The notes under the pieces were generated by a model. It searched no databases and was not told where the DNA came from. It was given only the letters and a program-made list of their open reading frames with translations. A stretch of 64,000 bases of DNA from Paraspadella gotoi (taxonomy: Eukaryota > Animalia > Chaetognatha), in NCBI GenBank assembly GCA_051294375.1, contig CM119264.1, forward strand, positions 28,999,930-29,063,929, in the 5' to 3' direction. Of the stretch, positions 23,878 through 39,103 are shown piece by piece. The translations under genes and the position numbers were made by a program. The stretch's first letter is position 1. Every line of letters starts with the position of its first letter.

Positions 23878-24422
23878 ACTTGAGAAAGCCTTGTATAGAG
23901 AGACCTCCAGGTTAAACTCCCCGCTCTTCTCGCTGGGAGACCCACCAATTCGCCTAAACACTGAGAAAGGCTTGTATACGAGAGACCTCCAGGTTAAACT
24001 CCCGCTCTTCTCCGGACCCACCAATCGCCTACACTCGAGAAAGCTTGTATAGAGAGACCTCCAGGTTAAAACTCCTGCTCTTCTCGCGGACTCCACCAAT
24101 CGGCTCTACAACTGAGAAAGCTTGTAATAGAGAGACCTCCAGGTTAAACTCCCGCTCTTCTCCGGACCCACCAATCGCCTACACTGAGAAAGCTTGTATA
24201 GAGAGACCTCCAGGTTAAACTCCGCTCTTTCTCCGGACCCACCAATCGCCTACACTGAGAAAGCTTGTATAGAGAGACCTCCTAGGTTAAACTCCTGCTC
24301 TTCTCCGACGCCACCAACTTCGCTAAACTGAGAAAAGCTTGTATAAGAGAGACCTCAGTAAACCCGCTCTTCTCCGGACCCACCAATCGCTACACGAAAA
24401 GCTTGTATAGAGAGACCTCCAG
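23878..24422. repeat. 71-bp minisatellite, about 7.5 units (duplicate at 36042-36586)
   Basis: Unit AGAGACCTCCAGGTTAAACTCCCGCTCTTCTCCGGACCCACCAATCGCCTACACTGAGAAAGCTTGTATAG. Confidence 0.9.
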
Positions 24423-26030
24423 CGGGTAAGGGGGAGGCGTTGGGATCTCGGAATTTCGCTGTATTTTCAGTCCGCATCATTGAGTCATCCTGTCGTGTAG
24501 AGCTCAATCTTAGCTGCGTTGTCGAGGGCAGTAATCCTGTATCGTAGAGCGGAATTATCGCTGTATTGCGCGGCGGATTTATCACTTATATCATAGTGTT
24601 CCAATCACCCTGTATTGACAGAGGGTAGTAAAGGTAGTAATGGCTTTGCACCACTGTATCGGAAGAGGCGAGTTATGCTGTATCATGATCGCAGTAACCC
24701 TGTATTGCCAGAGTCGAGTCACCATGTATCCTAGAGCGCAAGTAACCCTAGTATCGTAGAGCCATTGTTTTTTCCCGACGCCCATTTGTTTTTCCTTGTT
24801 GTTTACCGCTTTTAAGTTCTGTGGTGACGACGGAGACGAATCGAGACACGCCCACTTTGGCGGACGTCGGACACGCCCACTTTGGACGTCTTCTTCGATA
24901 AAGAAAGTGAGGGTAAGGATGGGAAAGGTCAAGAGTTCAAGCCCTGTATCTTTAGAGTTAATGGTTTCATATTCGCGATGAAAACGGACCTAGATTTATT
25001 TCGCACAATTTTGCGAATTTTTAAATACGATTAGGTGCTAATATGTAATTAAAAAAGTGAATAAAATAAAATAAAACATTAAACATAAACTTTTTTAGGC
25101 GCTCTCTTCTTTGCTCATTTAACATTGTCGATATTGTTTAACAGCGATACATTCACAAAATTAGCATTTATGTCCGTCTATGAATTTTAAAAAATTGCCA
25201 TATTCGAACGCCGTGACGTTTGCTCATCTCTACGATATTTCCCCGAAGAAGAGCTTTTAATTGACCTTCTATTGACTTTGCGCGACATGTTAATTGACCT
25301 GTTTTTGACCCTCTTGTCATGAACAAGACATTCAAGAGTTTCCTTTTTCCCTTCGAAAAACAAAGGAAAATAGAAAATAAAAGAAAAACGGGGAGGGAGA
25401 AAGGAACAGGAGGTTTCAAAGAAAACAGAAAGCAAGTGAGCAAGTGTGGGATATACCTGAGAAATCGTTTTCAATTTTCTACCTGATACTTATATTTTAG
25501 TGAGGAGTTTAAAAGTGCAAGACAGTTCATTTGAGTATGGAAATGTAGTCTAGAACATTGAAACTTCGGCAATTGAATGTGACTATGAAATGGAAATCAG
25601 ATGTAGACAGCAGAGAATTTGGTTTGTTGATTTCCCATTTTGCCTATGAATCAATTTAAAGCGATAAAGCAAAATAAAAGCGGAAAAAAAAGCAAAACAA
25701 AAGAGTAAGAGAGGGAGAATTGAAATAAAAGACAAAAAGTAAAATGATAATAAGGGAGGGAAAAAGTGAGAGCAGAGAGATGAGAGAGAGAGAGAGAGAG
25801 GACAGAGAGAAAGAGAAGAGAGAGAAGAGAGAGAGAGAGAGAGAGAAAGTGAAGGAGAGAGGAGAGGAGAGAGGTGGTGACAGAGAGAACCAGAGAGACA
25901 GAGAAAGAAAGAGAGAGAAAAAAAGAGAGAGAAAGAGAGACAGAGAGAAAGACAGACAGAGAAAGAGAGACAGAAGAAGAGAGAGTAAGAGAGAGGAGAG
26001 AGAGAGAAGAGAGAAAAGACACGAAAAGAA

Positions 26031-26067
<37 letters not shown>

Positions 26068-26227
26068 TGAGAGACAGAAAAAATGAGAGATAGAAGAAAG
26101 AGAAAGAGAGAGAGAGAAAGAAGAGAGAGAGAGAGAGAAGAGAGAAGAGAGAGAGAGAGAGCAGAGAGAGAAAGACGAGAGAGAGGAGAGAGAGAAGAGA
26201 GAGAGGAAAAGACAGAGAAAGAAAGAA

Positions 26228-26259
<32 letters not shown>

Positions 26260-27306
26260 GAAAATGAGAGACACGAGAAAAGGAGAGAGAAAATGAGAGA
26301 CAGAAAAAGAGAGAGACGAGAGGAGATGAGAGAGAGAGAGGAGAGAGAGAGAGGAGAAGAGAGAGAGAAGAGACTGAAAACGACTCACCTGCCGCGAGAG
26401 AGGAAAAAGGGGCAAGGGCAAAACCCCCGAGGGAACAGAACCAGGTGAGACACCATTTTTTCAAGACGATCTTCTTCTGATGTTTCGTCGTTGTAGTCGT
26501 CGTACGTCATCATCATCAAAAATCATCATCATCGTCGTCGTAGTCGTCGTCCATCAATATGTATTTAATCATCATCGTCGTCATCAAAATCATCGTCATC
26601 AAATCAATCATCAGCATCATCATATTATCATCATCATCATCTTTTGTTTATTTGACATTGAGGTCTCAAGTTGTTGTTTCTGTTGTTGTTGTTGGCTAAT
26701 CTGCGTCCATACCTGAACTGGTGACCTTTGTTGTTGTGCCTCACGTCAAGGATAATGACATCGTCGCGTCGGCGTCGTCGTCGGCTCGCTCGTCGTTGTA
26801 TTTTTATCCCATTCCATCGCCATATTTGGGGCAAAATAACAAATAATGTGATTCTTTCTTAGAGAGAAGAGAGAGAGAGAGGAGGGAGAGAGAGAGAGAG
26901 GAGAGAGAAGAGCCAGAGAAGAGAGAGAGAGAAGAGAGAGAGAGAGAGGAGAGAGGAGAAGAGAAGAGGAGAGAGAAGAGAGAGGGAGATTTTTTATAGC
27001 TTTTGTTCGTGTTGCAGCCAAGACAAATGTTCCCGGTTTTTCAACAACGTGGTATAAAATATTCGAAAAAGTGGAAAAAAACGTTTATGACGAATTTAAG
27101 TCTGGCATACTTTGTTCTTTAGTTTCTCTTAGTTCGAGTTCGCAGAATTCAATTATTGAGCCCTAAAAAATTATAGACAAGAGTAAACGTTCTAAAAGAA
27201 AACTATATTATCTTATGTTGAATTAAAATCGGTGAAGGAGAGTTTCGAACGACGAACGGCGACGACAATTTCTCTTCAGATGATTGACAGTTCTTTTTTT
27301 TTTATT

Positions 27307-27359
<53 letters not shown>

Positions 27360-28005
27360 GCGACTGAAAGACTCAGTGATTCCACAAAAGAAAATAAATA
27401 AAACCGACGCCGCTCTTATCGTCGTCCTCCGCCCCCTCTCACTTCCGGCGTTCCCCGGCGTTTTCCCGCCCCTTTGCCCCCCGCACAGACCGGCGTTTTT
27501 GAAAACGGGGGCGTCGTTTCGCGCGACGGAGCACAAACAATTCTGGCGCCGGAACGTTAGATGTCGCTTTTTCGCCAATTGCCCGCGCGAGAAACAAAAG
27601 GGAAAACAAAAGGCTCCGAAACGAAGTAAACAGTCGCAGGAATTAATGATATACAGGAAANNNNNNNNNNNNNNNNNNNNNNNNNGACTGTGATGGAACA
27701 CTACGGCCTGGGATGGTGTTGTTCCCCCTCTAGCCAATGGAGTGGCTGACGGATGCCGTGGACGTGAGGCGCGTGTGAATATACCGGCCACAATACTCAT
27801 ATACTTTGATTATTATGCATTTGGTACATGAAATATAAAAATGATCCATCTGAGGCCGACTATGATCGGCTCTCTCTTCTCATCTCTCTTCAACCCTTTC
27901 TCTTTCCTGGTGTGAGGACGGTAAATCCACGCGGTCGCCTCACAATGTGAGGCTTATATCCCTCGATAACTATTTAGTTCTCTTAGCACTCACCCGTTCC
28001 TATAC

Positions 28006-28394
28006 CTGTCCAAGAGCCCATCTTCGAGTTCGGTGAAAGGCCCATGGCCGATATAACCGCTTCCATTGTGATTTCGTTTTTCCGTGAAGTCGAAAGTCAA
28101 TCACGTTCCACCGCTTCGGCATCCAATCCAGTGGTATATTGCAATCGCTTTCCTATCGTTTGGATTTTTTGGTTTCGTCATTATTGGAGGACACAGCAAT
28201 GGACGAAGATTAGTCGAAAGTTCCGCATCGCGGCATTTTCGGGGTCTTACCGCAATTCATGGGATGTTTGAGAGAGAACCAAGAGCCGAATTGCTGAAGA
28301 CCGTGTTGACGGATTTTGAGGCGTCGACAGATGACGGTCACGCTTATGACGTCACGATCATCACCCAACTCAGTGATTTGAAAGAGAGTCCCAT
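28006..28394 (-). pseudogene. Frameshifted copy of exons 1-2 of the FRRS1-like gene inside the duplicated block (probably artefactual)
   Basis: Near-identical to 14309-14674 except for many 1-3 nt indels; downstream exons are absent. Confidence 0.6.
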
Positions 28395-28712
28395 TATCTC
28401 ACCGATGCAGAGGCTTTAATAAAAATTTCATTTAAATATCACTTTTCTTTTTCTTACGAAAATTAATATTACCGACAGATTGTCGTACGACTCCAATTAG
28501 TAAAAATTTTGCTAATTACTTATTTTACCTATACTAAAGATTAATTTTTTATTTGATTGGTTTTCAAACCGTTATGCGATTCGAAAACGCTCTTGACGCT
28601 CAAATCGGGCTGGCTTTGTACTCGACGGATGGCACAGGCACGAGGACCTCACTCAATCTTCTCTCGACTTCTCTCTCTCTCTCTCTCTCTTCTCTCTTCT
28701 TCTCTCTCTCTC

Positions 28713-28764
<52 letters not shown>

Positions 28765-31700
28765 CTCGTTTCTCTCTCTCACTTCGTCATTTTGATTGAA
28801 TCCAGTGACAACTTCGACTTCCAAATCGATTCAAGAAAGACGAAAGAAAACAGGGTAATTAAATAGATAAAATTCGATGAATCCCGCACAATTAGTCGGC
28901 ACGAACTCAGAAACTTATCTTTGATAAATGTTTATAGTTGAAAAGTTGAAAATGTTTAATGTATGTTATAAATATCCAAATCAAACTGCTACGTATGATT
29001 CAGTTACTTTCTGGCATTTATGATATATCAATCGTGTTTTGCATTGTAAGAGATATGATCAGTCATTGATCCAGATGATTAGTGCCAATGCGTCTTTCTT
29101 CTCTATCTCTCTCCATCTTCATTCATTCCTATCTATTTTAATTATTAAATGTATTATTTAGATAAAGAGAACAGGCTGTTAAAGAAGTGCGGATAGCACT
29201 CTTTAGCCCCACTTAGCGCAAATCCACATATTCTACAGACAAAGAACAGATTTTTATTTAAATTGTTAAATAACAAGCTTGAGGCAAAAACAATGCCGGA
29301 TCTGCCCTACGATCATTAGCGGTAAGCAGCTAATCAGATAATTAATTAATTACATATTAATTTTTTTTATTCGTGTTCAAAATCGTTTCCACTTTGTCTC
29401 GCCCTCAATCACAAAAAAACAGCAATTCTCGATCACAAATTAATTTAATTAATCTAATTACAAATAATTAATTAATACTTATTTAATTAAATAAATTAAT
29501 TAATGCAGCTTAAATTACATTTAAATGATAAAAAATAAAAAAAGCCATATCAAATAGTGAAATAAGATTGTTTTTTTAAATTTTTACTCATTTCCCACTT
29601 GCGACGATTCCATGGAAACTTATTTTCTGCTTAATTCACCACACTTTCCTATTCAACGGTACAAAATGCTGAAAGTTTCAATCGCCCCATTCACTTAATT
29701 GAGTAATTGGCTTGAAATATATTTTTTGGGGTTTTTTTTCCATTTTAACTCAAATTTGCACTTCCGGCCCGGACGGATTCCGGCTAAAAACTTTTATCTT
29801 ACCCGGGAGTGCTTTGAAGAGAGATACTATACTAATGCAAAGTTTCTGACCACCCAATGAAGAAAAAAAAAAATGAAAACCGTAATTTTTTTTTCCAAGG
29901 GCTTTAAAATATTTTTATGAAACTATAAAATTAAAAAAAAAAAAGACTAAATAATACAAAAACGTTATGTCATTAAATGTATTTAGATCTACTTTTTTTT
30001 AACGATTTTTTGCTAACTTTATTAGTTGTCGAGTCATATTAAGATAATCTTTCAAGTTAATTTTCTTTTCCAAGAGGATTATATAGGTGCTTCGCTCTTT
30101 GAGCTATCTCTCTCTCTCTCGCTCTCTCTCATCTCTCGCTCTTCATTTTCTCCTCTCTCTCTCTCTACTCTCTCTCTCCTCTCTCCTCTCTCTCTCTCTC
30201 TACTCTCTCTCTCTCTCTTAACTCATCCTTCACTCTCACTGTCTTTGTTTGTCCGGTATTCTGTTTCTGCAAGAGATTTTCCTTTTCGCGAGGAAACAAG
30301 ATTAATTTTGAATTATTCATTCGGGTAAGTATAAATACATTTTCTTGCTTACATAACCAATGAATTTCAGTCTTTTTTATTGTTAAGTGAAATGTTTTTG
30401 TACTTCTTAAATGTTTTCTTGTACTTATTTATATGCTTTACATTAATTATGTTTTTTAGGAATCTTTTTTAACTTAGGGGGACCAAATGTTAAAGAGAGA
30501 AAAGTGACAATTTTTTGTGAAATATATTATTACAATAATGATCATCTTCTTATGTATGCAGCATATTTCTTTCTATTTTTCGTTTATGTTTCGCTCCGTC
30601 GTCGTCGTCGTCGTTCGTCGTTCGCTCTGTCGTCGTTTGTTTCTCAGATTCGCGGATTAAGGATTCGACTGGACTTGGCAGCAATGAGCATTTTTTTATT
30701 TGAATTAAACAATTTCGATGCTTTTCATCGTCGTCATCGTCGTCGTCGTTCGCATCATTACTCGGCAGACCAGATTTTAAAACTATTACAAGGATTACAC
30801 GATTTGACTTCAACGGTTACCTTGATAGTCATAGATTGTGTTAAAAAGACGAAGGATGTCAATTTTATTCCTATTTTTATAATATTTTATTTTCCGGAAC
30901 TACAATAAAAAATATAATTTTTTTTTTTTAAACAATTGGCAAATTTTATAAACCGTACGTTTTTCCTCTCGCATTTATATTGCTGCCAAAATAAATTTTT
31001 AATCGGCAATAGATGTGAAGAGTAAATAATATCTTAGGTAAAATCTGGGCGTGACGCAATAAAATGCTATTCTTTTCACATTGAATTTTTTCTTCACTCC
31101 GAACTCCTTCACCATACTTTTTTCAAAAGGCCGAAAATTCAGCTTAAATTCAAAATTAGGCTTTCAAGAGTTAAGGGTGAGAGCATAAGGATTAGGAATA
31201 AGGATAGGTATAAGGATAAGATTAGGGATAAGTTTAGGGACAAGGATAGGGAGATAAGATTAGGGAGAAGGATATAGGGATAAGAATTTAGGATCTAGGA
31301 TTAAGATTATTTTAGGATTTGTAATAGTAGATTAAGGTTACATCTTTGGTGTTTAAAATTAAGCGTCAGGGCATTAGGAACAGTCCGCGGACGCTTTTGC
31401 TAAAATAGTGCAAATAATTCAACTACTTTTTTTCTTTCCCTCTTTCATAAAATTAGATTTTTCCACCTTACGTCTTGACCGAGACTCAACTTCGACTCGA
31501 CTCTTACTCGACCTGACTTGCTTTGACTCGCCTCCGCCTCGGGACTCGCCTCGACTCAACTTTTTTTGACTTGGAATCTTAATTGACTTGAATTGTTGAT
31601 TTGACTCTTGACTTTGACGTTTATTTTTAAGGTTATCTTGGTGTTAAAATTAAGGGTTTTCAGGGGATTAGGACACAGTCCGGACACTTCTTGGTAAAAT

Positions 31701-32781
31701 AGTGCAAATAATTTTAACTACTATTTTTCTTTCCCTTCTTCTAATTAGGATTTTCCACCTACGTCTTGACTAGACCTCAACATCAGACTGACTCTACTCG
31801 ACCTGACTCGCTTGAATCGACTCGACTCCGACTCGACTCGAACTCGATCCGACTCGAGCTCGACTCGCGGACGACTCGTACTGCGACTCGAACTCGACTT
31901 GACCTGACTTGCCTCGCCTGCGCCTGACTCGACTTTTGGACTTGAATCTTGACTTGACTTTTGACTTGACTTGGATTGAACTTTTGATTTAACTCTTTGA
32001 CTTGACTTTTGATATAGACTGCTTGACTTGACTTTATTGACTATTGCACTTTTGATTTGACTTTTATTTGTACTTTTGATTTGACTTCTGATTGACATAC
32101 TGACTTTTGATTTTACTCTTGACTTGGAAATTTGTACTTGACTTTTGACTTTGACTTGTTGACTTCACTTGACATTTGATCAGACTTTACTAACCCAAAA
32201 CTCCCCGAAGATGTTCTTATTTCGGGACCAAATTGACAAAGATTTCAAAGGTTGCAAACGAGAAAGGGAAATTTGAGGTCGGGATGAGGGGAAGAAAAGG
32301 AAAGGGGAAAGGAAATTGAGGTAGGGACCCACTGCAGTTTGTCAATGTCATAGGAAAAGGATCTCGGCTCTCGGCTTTTCCTTGCTCATTGTTTGGTTGA
32401 GGGTTCTCGTCTCTTTAGAGCATATCTTATATAGTTATAACATCCTTAGTAATCCCTGTGAGGAGGGAGAGAACTAAACAGTTACCATTTTTCACTTTTC
32501 ACTTCCCCCTCCTCTGCTCTCCTCTTTACGCATGCCTTTTATCTCTGTCCTTCCACCTGCCTGCCATCTCCTGCATATCCCGCCTCTCATCTTCCTCCCC
32601 CATCTTACCTGCTCCTCCCCCTCCTCTTCCTCCCCCATATCCTGCAACACCACCACTTCTTTTTCCTCCGCCACCCACAACCGGCCGTCGATTCCGCCTT
32701 CGAGAGGCAGAGAATTGTATTTTCTTTCTTCTCGCAAAATCAAAATCATCTCTTTTTCTTCTTTCTTGATTTCTTATCTTT

Positions 32782-32825
<44 letters not shown>

Positions 32826-32992
32826 ATCTTATCTTTTCTTTCTTTCTTTTCTCTTTCTTTCTTTCTTTTCTTTTCAAATTACTTTCTCTTTCGCAAGGAG
32901 ATTTTGTTAGCGGATTTCCGGAATTAGATTGATGAGAGAGGGAGAGAGGGAGAGGAGATAGAGAAGAGCAGAGATGAGGACGAGGAGATGGG

Positions 32993-33023
<31 letters not shown>

Positions 33024-34596
33024 TGAGGAGAAAGAGAGAGAGAGGCGCACCCTAGGCGAATCTAGAGGTCAGACAACAAGCGCGCCAATCGTTTTCGTCA
33101 ACTTTTTTCATTCAATTTTTTTTTTCAGCCTTCGAGAATCAGAGATGGTTCTCAGTCAGATGGTTCTCTTACGGTCTTAGTTCATTGCCAGGTGTTACAG
33201 GAAAGAATATTCTGGCCACGTTGTAGAAAACGAGACACCACATTAACCCGTTCACATGATTAATTCAATTAACCAATTAACAATTAATTAAAAAAAGTTC
33301 TTGCCTTTCCGTTGGAATGTCACGCTTGTACGCCGAGCGGCGGAACGCAACGCGAGAAAGCCAAGATAATATGCGCAAGACGAAGACGACGCACGCCAGC
33401 TTTTGCCACGCTTTGCGACACGCTAGGCCTGCGCCACGGGACTGCCCGCCAACGCGCGATATGAGGATCGTTTTTCCGTCTATGAATTTGGCGAATGTAT
33501 TACTTTCCTTCTTTTTCGTTCGAGAGTGCGCCATTGTCCTGCTGTTGATGGCGTCCTCGTTGCGTCCGTTGATGATCGGCGGGGTGGAGGGATGTGGAAG
33601 GAGGGTGGCAGGGGGCTGTGGAAGGAGGGGGGTGTGGAAAGGAGGGGGTGGAGAGGCGGGTGTGGAAGGAGGAGGGGCTGGAAGGAGGGGAGATGTGGAA
33701 AGGAGGGGGGAGGTGAGATGTGGAAGGAAGGGGGAGGGATTGCGAAGGAAGGGTGAGGATGTGGAAGGAGGGGGGAAGGGATGTGGAAGGAGGGGGAGGG
33801 ATTGTGGAGGGAAAGGGGGGGAGGATGTGGAAGGAAGGGGAGGGATGTGGAAGGAAAAGGGGGAGGGAATGTGTAAGGGAGGGGCTTGGATGGGATGTTG
33901 GAAGGATAGGGGGGAGATGTGGAAGGAGGGGGTGGAGGGATGTGGAAGAGGGGGTGGAGGCGATGTGGGTAAGGAGGGGGTGTGGAAATAAGGGGGGGAG
34001 GGATGTGGAAGGCAGGGTGAAGGGATGTGGGAAGGAAGAGGGGAAGGATGTGGTAAGGAGGGTTGGGGAGGGGTGGGGGAGGAGGAGGGGATTGGGAAGT
34101 GGAAGGAAGGCGGGAAGGGATGTGGAAGAGGGGGAGGATGTTGGAAAGGAAGGCGGGAGGGATGTTGGAAGGAGGGGTGCTGGAAGGAGGGGGGGAGGGA
34201 TTGTGGAAGGAGGGGGTTGGAGGGTGTGGAAGGAGGAGGGGATTGTGGAAGGAGGAGGGGTGAAGAATGATGATAGAAAAGTAAAGAAAAATTAAAGGGT
34301 GATAAAAAAAGGCGACGACCGGAAAAGAAAATCTCTTTTTCTCCGCGTGAACTATGAAACAAAATAATAAATAATAAACAAACAAATCAACAAAAAAAAA
34401 CTATGAGCTGTGAATACAACTTTGGTTGTTAGCACGAGTTGATACCTGATTAATTTCGTGAATCAATTCATCGCACTCACGAATGTGAAATCAAAGGAAC
34501 AAAACAAAGGACGAAATACGGGGATGCAAAAGTGCGTATATCGGGGTGACCTCTCGTCTCCCCTCGCTCTTCTCTTCTCACTCTCTTTTAATTTTT

Positions 34597-35182
34597 TGTG
34601 AGATAAGGCGCTACGGTGGGCTGAAGATGACTGTCCGTAACTTCTATATACCCCCTCTTAAGCAGCCATGGAACGGGGTACCCTGGGCTTGGAACCAGGC
34701 TTGAGGGTCACAACTGAAAGTGTCATGATTCTAGGCGGGGGAACCGTAAGGCAATGCCCGACTTACATGCCCCCCTAGATTGCTAACCCACCCTGCACTG
34801 CCCTTCCAGTGGAGGGAGGGGAGCAATCTTCAGCTAGACCGAAGGGCCTGGAATCAGAAGGTTGGAATACGGCTCGACAGGATGGGCTCACCAGTGTGGT
34901 TAAGGCGCTACGTGGTCTGAAATGACTGTCCTTTAACTTCTATAACCCCCTCTAGCAGCCATTGAACGGGTCCCTGGGCTTGGAACCAGGCTTGAGCGGT
35001 TTGCCATGCCCCAAGGCGGCTAAGCGCCGTCCTCACGCTTCCCGCCAGGGGTAGATACCCCGGTTGGGATTGAACCCGCATACCTAGTGGTCATGAGCTG
35101 ATGGCTTTACTCAATGAGCCACGGGTCACAACTGAAGTGACATGATTCTAGGCGGGTGAACCTAGGCAAGTGCCCAACTACA
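34597..35182 (-). mobile_element. Copy of the 22.4-kb family B element inside the duplicated block
   Basis: Same flanks and same LTR deletion; differs mainly by indels. Confidence 0.7.
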
Positions 35183-37899
35183 TTTCTCTTGTTTGTTCAC
35201 AACTCACAATTTGCTTCGACGGGATGTCACTCGGATATTTTTATAAAATTAGTACAACCAATATCATAATTATTCAATTCGTTTTTTAAAGTGAGTTATC
35301 TTGTCCACCATAAAACTAACTTCTCGGTAAAAAATCCAGTAAATGAACCGGAAATTAAATAAACAAAAAAAAAAAAAAAAAAACAATAGATAAGGAAAAA
35401 TTCATTTCCTGGGCCAAGCTTGCTTCCATGCTTGCTTCCAAAGCTTGCTCCACGCTCTTCGTAGTTTCTACAGTTCAAATTTCCCCTCAGCTGGCGTTTG
35501 CCACCCCTGCGACCGACAGGTTGGACTTTTAATGCGTTGCCAGTCGAGGGTGTCTTTCCCCGCATTTTTAATGATGAACATAAATTTTCGTCTAAATCAT
35601 TGATGCTTCCCGTCCTTCGCAGTTGAGGCGTAAAATCTGGAGAGGGAACAAAAAAGCGGAAAAAGAAAACGGCAGAGAGAGAGAGAGAGAGAGAGAGCGG
35701 AGAAAAAAAGAGAGAGAAAGAGAAAGACGGAGAGAGAGAGAGGAGAGAGAGAGAGGAGACGGGAGGAGAGAGAAAGAGACAAAGAGAACGAGTGAAGGAG
35801 AGAGAGAGAGAGATTTAAAAAAGAGAGAGTGAGAGAGGAGTAAAGAGAAGAAAGAAAAAATAAATGGGAAAACACCAAAAAAAAAAAAAGAGATAGGAAA
35901 TAGAAAAGAAAGGGAAAAAATAATGGGGATAAAATAAAGAAAAAGGAAAAAAAAGGAAAATCGGGGTGTGAAAAAAAAAATTTTGAATTAAAATGAGGAA
36001 TTTTTTTTATTGAGGGTGAAGAGAGGGGGTTGTGGGGGGGGCACTTGAGAAAGCCTTGTATAGAGAAGACCTCCAGGTTAAACTCCCGCTCTTCTCCGGA
36101 CCCACCAATCGCCTACAACTGAGAAAGGCTTGTATAGCAGAGACCTCCATGGTTAAACTCCCGCTCTTCTCCGGACCCACCAATCGCCTACACTGAGAAA
36201 GCTTGTATAGAGAGACCTCCAGGTTAAAACTCCTGCTCTTCTCCGGACTCACCAATCGCGCCTACACTGAGAAAGCTTGTATATAGAGAGACCTCCAGGT
36301 TAAACTCCCGCTCATTCTCCGGACCCACCAATCGCCTACACTGAGAAAGCTTGTATAAGAGAGACCTCCAGGTTAAACTCCGCTCGTTCTCCGGACCCAC
36401 CAATCGCCTACACTGAGAAAGCTTGTATAGAGAGACCTCCAGGTTAAACTCCTGCTCTTCTCCGGACCCACCAACTGCCTACAACTGAGAAAGCTTGTAT
36501 AGAGAGACCTCCAGGTTAAACTCCCGCTCTTCTCCGGACCCACCAATCGCCTACACTGAAAAAGCTTGTATAGAGAGACCTCCAGGCGGGTAAGGGGGGA
36601 GCGTTGGATCTCGGAATTTCGCTGTATTTCAGTCCGCATCATGGAGTCATCCTGTCGTGTAGAGCTCAGTCTTAGCTGCGTTGTCGAGGGCAGTAATCCT
36701 GTATCGTAGAGCGGAATTATCGCTGTATTGCGCGGCGGATTTATCACTTTATCATAGTGTCCAATCACCCTGTATTGACAGAGGGTAGTAAAGGTAGTAA
36801 TGGCTTTGCACCCTGTATCGGAAGAGGCGAGTTATGCTGTATCATAGATCGCAGTAACCCTGTATTGCCAGAGTCGAGTCACCATGTATCCTAGAGCGCA
36901 GTAACCCTGTATCGGTAGAGCCATTGTTTTTCCCGACGCCCATTTGTTTTTCCTTCGTTGTTTACCGCTTTTAAGTTCTGTGGTGACGACGGAGACGAAT
37001 CGAGACACGCCCACTTTGGCGACGTCGGACACGCCCACTTTGGCGTCTTCTTCGGTAAAGAAAATGAGGGGTAAGGATGGGAAAGGTCAAGAGTTCAAGC
37101 CCTGTATCTTTGAGTTAATGGTTTCATATTCCGCGATGAAAACGGACCAGATTTATTTTTTCGCCAATTTTGCGAATTTTTAAATACGATTAGGTGCTAT
37201 ATGTAATTAAAAAAAGTGAATAAATAAAATAAAACATTAACATAAACTTTTTTAGGCGCTTCTCTTTTTGTCATTTAACATTGTCGATATTGTTAACCGA
37301 TCATGTCACAAATTAGCATTTATTCGTCTATGAATTTAAAAAATTGCCATATTCGAACGCCGTGACGTTGCTCATCCGATATTTACCCGAAGAAGAGCTT
37401 TTATTGACCTTCTATTGACCTGTTGCTGACATGTTATTGACCTGTTTTTGACCCCTTGTCATGAACAGACATTCAGAGTTTCCTTTTTCCCTTCGACCAA
37501 AACAAAGGAAAAATAGAAAATAAAAGAAAACGGGGGGAGAAAGGAAACAGGAGGTTGTCAAGAAAACAGAAAGCAAGTGAGCAAGTGTGGGATAACCTGA
37601 GAATCGTTTTCATTTCTCTGTACTTATATTTTAGTTGAGGAGTTTAAAGTGCAAGACGTTCATTTGAAGTATGGAAATGTAGTCTAGAACAATTGAAACT
37701 CGAGCAATTGAATGTGACTATGAAATGGAATCAGATGTAGACAGCAGAGAATTTGGTTTGTTGATTTTCCCAGTTTTGCTTGAATCAATTTAAAGCGATA
37801 AAGCAAATAAAAGCGAAAAAAAAGCAAAACAAAAAGAGTAAAGAGAGAGGAGAATTGAAATAACAAAGACAAAAAGTAAATATGAAATAAGGGAGGGAA

Positions 37900-37930
<31 letters not shown>

Positions 37931-39064
37931 CGAGGAGCGAGAGGAGAGGAAGATGAGAGGGAACAAGAGAGAGGAGGAGACGAGGAGGGAGTGAGGAGAC
38001 AGGAGAGAGAGAGAGTGCGTGTACGAGAGACAGAGAGACAGAGAAAGAAAGACAGAGAAAAGAGAAGGAGCAGAAGAGAGACAGAGAGAAAGAGCAGACA
38101 GAGAAAGAGAGCAGAAGAAGAGAGAGAGAGAGGAGGAGAGAGAGAGAGAGGACGACGAAAAGAAGAAAAAGAGAGAGAGGAGAGAGAGAGAGGGAGACGA
38201 GAGAGAGGGACAAAGAACAAAGAGAGATACGAAAGAAAGGAAGAGAGAGAGAGAGGAGAGGGGGGTAGAGAAAAGGGAGAGAAAGAGAGAGAGAGAGAGG
38301 CGGAGAGAAGGAGGAGAGGAGAGAGAGGAGAGAGAGGAGAGAAGACAGAGAGAAGAAAAGAGAGAGGCGGGTGTCATGTGAGGAGAGGGCAGGAGACGAG
38401 AGAATTTGAGAGAGGCGAAAAGTAGGAGACGGGATAAATGGATGGACAGAAAAAGAGGGAGATGAGAGAGAGAGATGAGACGAGAGATGAGAGAGACGAG
38501 ACGAGAGGAGAGACTGGAACCGTCACTGCCGCGAGAGAGGAAAAAGGGGCAAGGGGCAAAACCCCTGAGGGAACAGAACCAGGTGAGACACCATTTTTTC
38601 AGAGACGATCTTCTTCTGATGTTTCGTCGTTGTAGTCGTCGTCGTCATCATCATAAAAATCATCATCATCGTCGTCGTAGTCGTCGTCATCATATGTATT
38701 AATCATCATCGTCGTCATCATCATCATCGTCATCATCATCATCAGCATCATCATCATTATCATCATCATCATCTTTGTTTTTGACATTGAGGTCTCAAGT
38801 TGTTGTTTCTGTTGTTGTTGTTGTTGCTATCTGCGTCATAACTGAAGTGACCTTGTTGTTTGCTCACGTCAAGGATAATGACATCGTCGCCGTCGCCGTC
38901 GTCGTCGTCGTCGTCGTTGTGATTTCCATTCTCGCCATTTTTGGGCAAGAATAACAAATGTGATTCTTCTTTAGAGAGAGAGAGAGAGGAGAAGAATTAG
39001 AGAGAGAGAGAAGAGAGAGAGAGAGAGATGAGAGAGAGAAGAGAGACAGACGAGAGAGAGAGAG

Positions 39065-39103
<39 letters not shown>

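Noticed and set aside
23878-24422. CRISPR-like array
   Set aside because: The whole 71-bp unit repeats with no unique spacers, the context is eukaryotic, and there are no cas genes.
25583-26464. Long S/L- or R/E-rich ORFs here and at other (GA)n, (GTC)n and N tracts
   Set aside because: They are translations of microsatellites or gaps with no domain signal.
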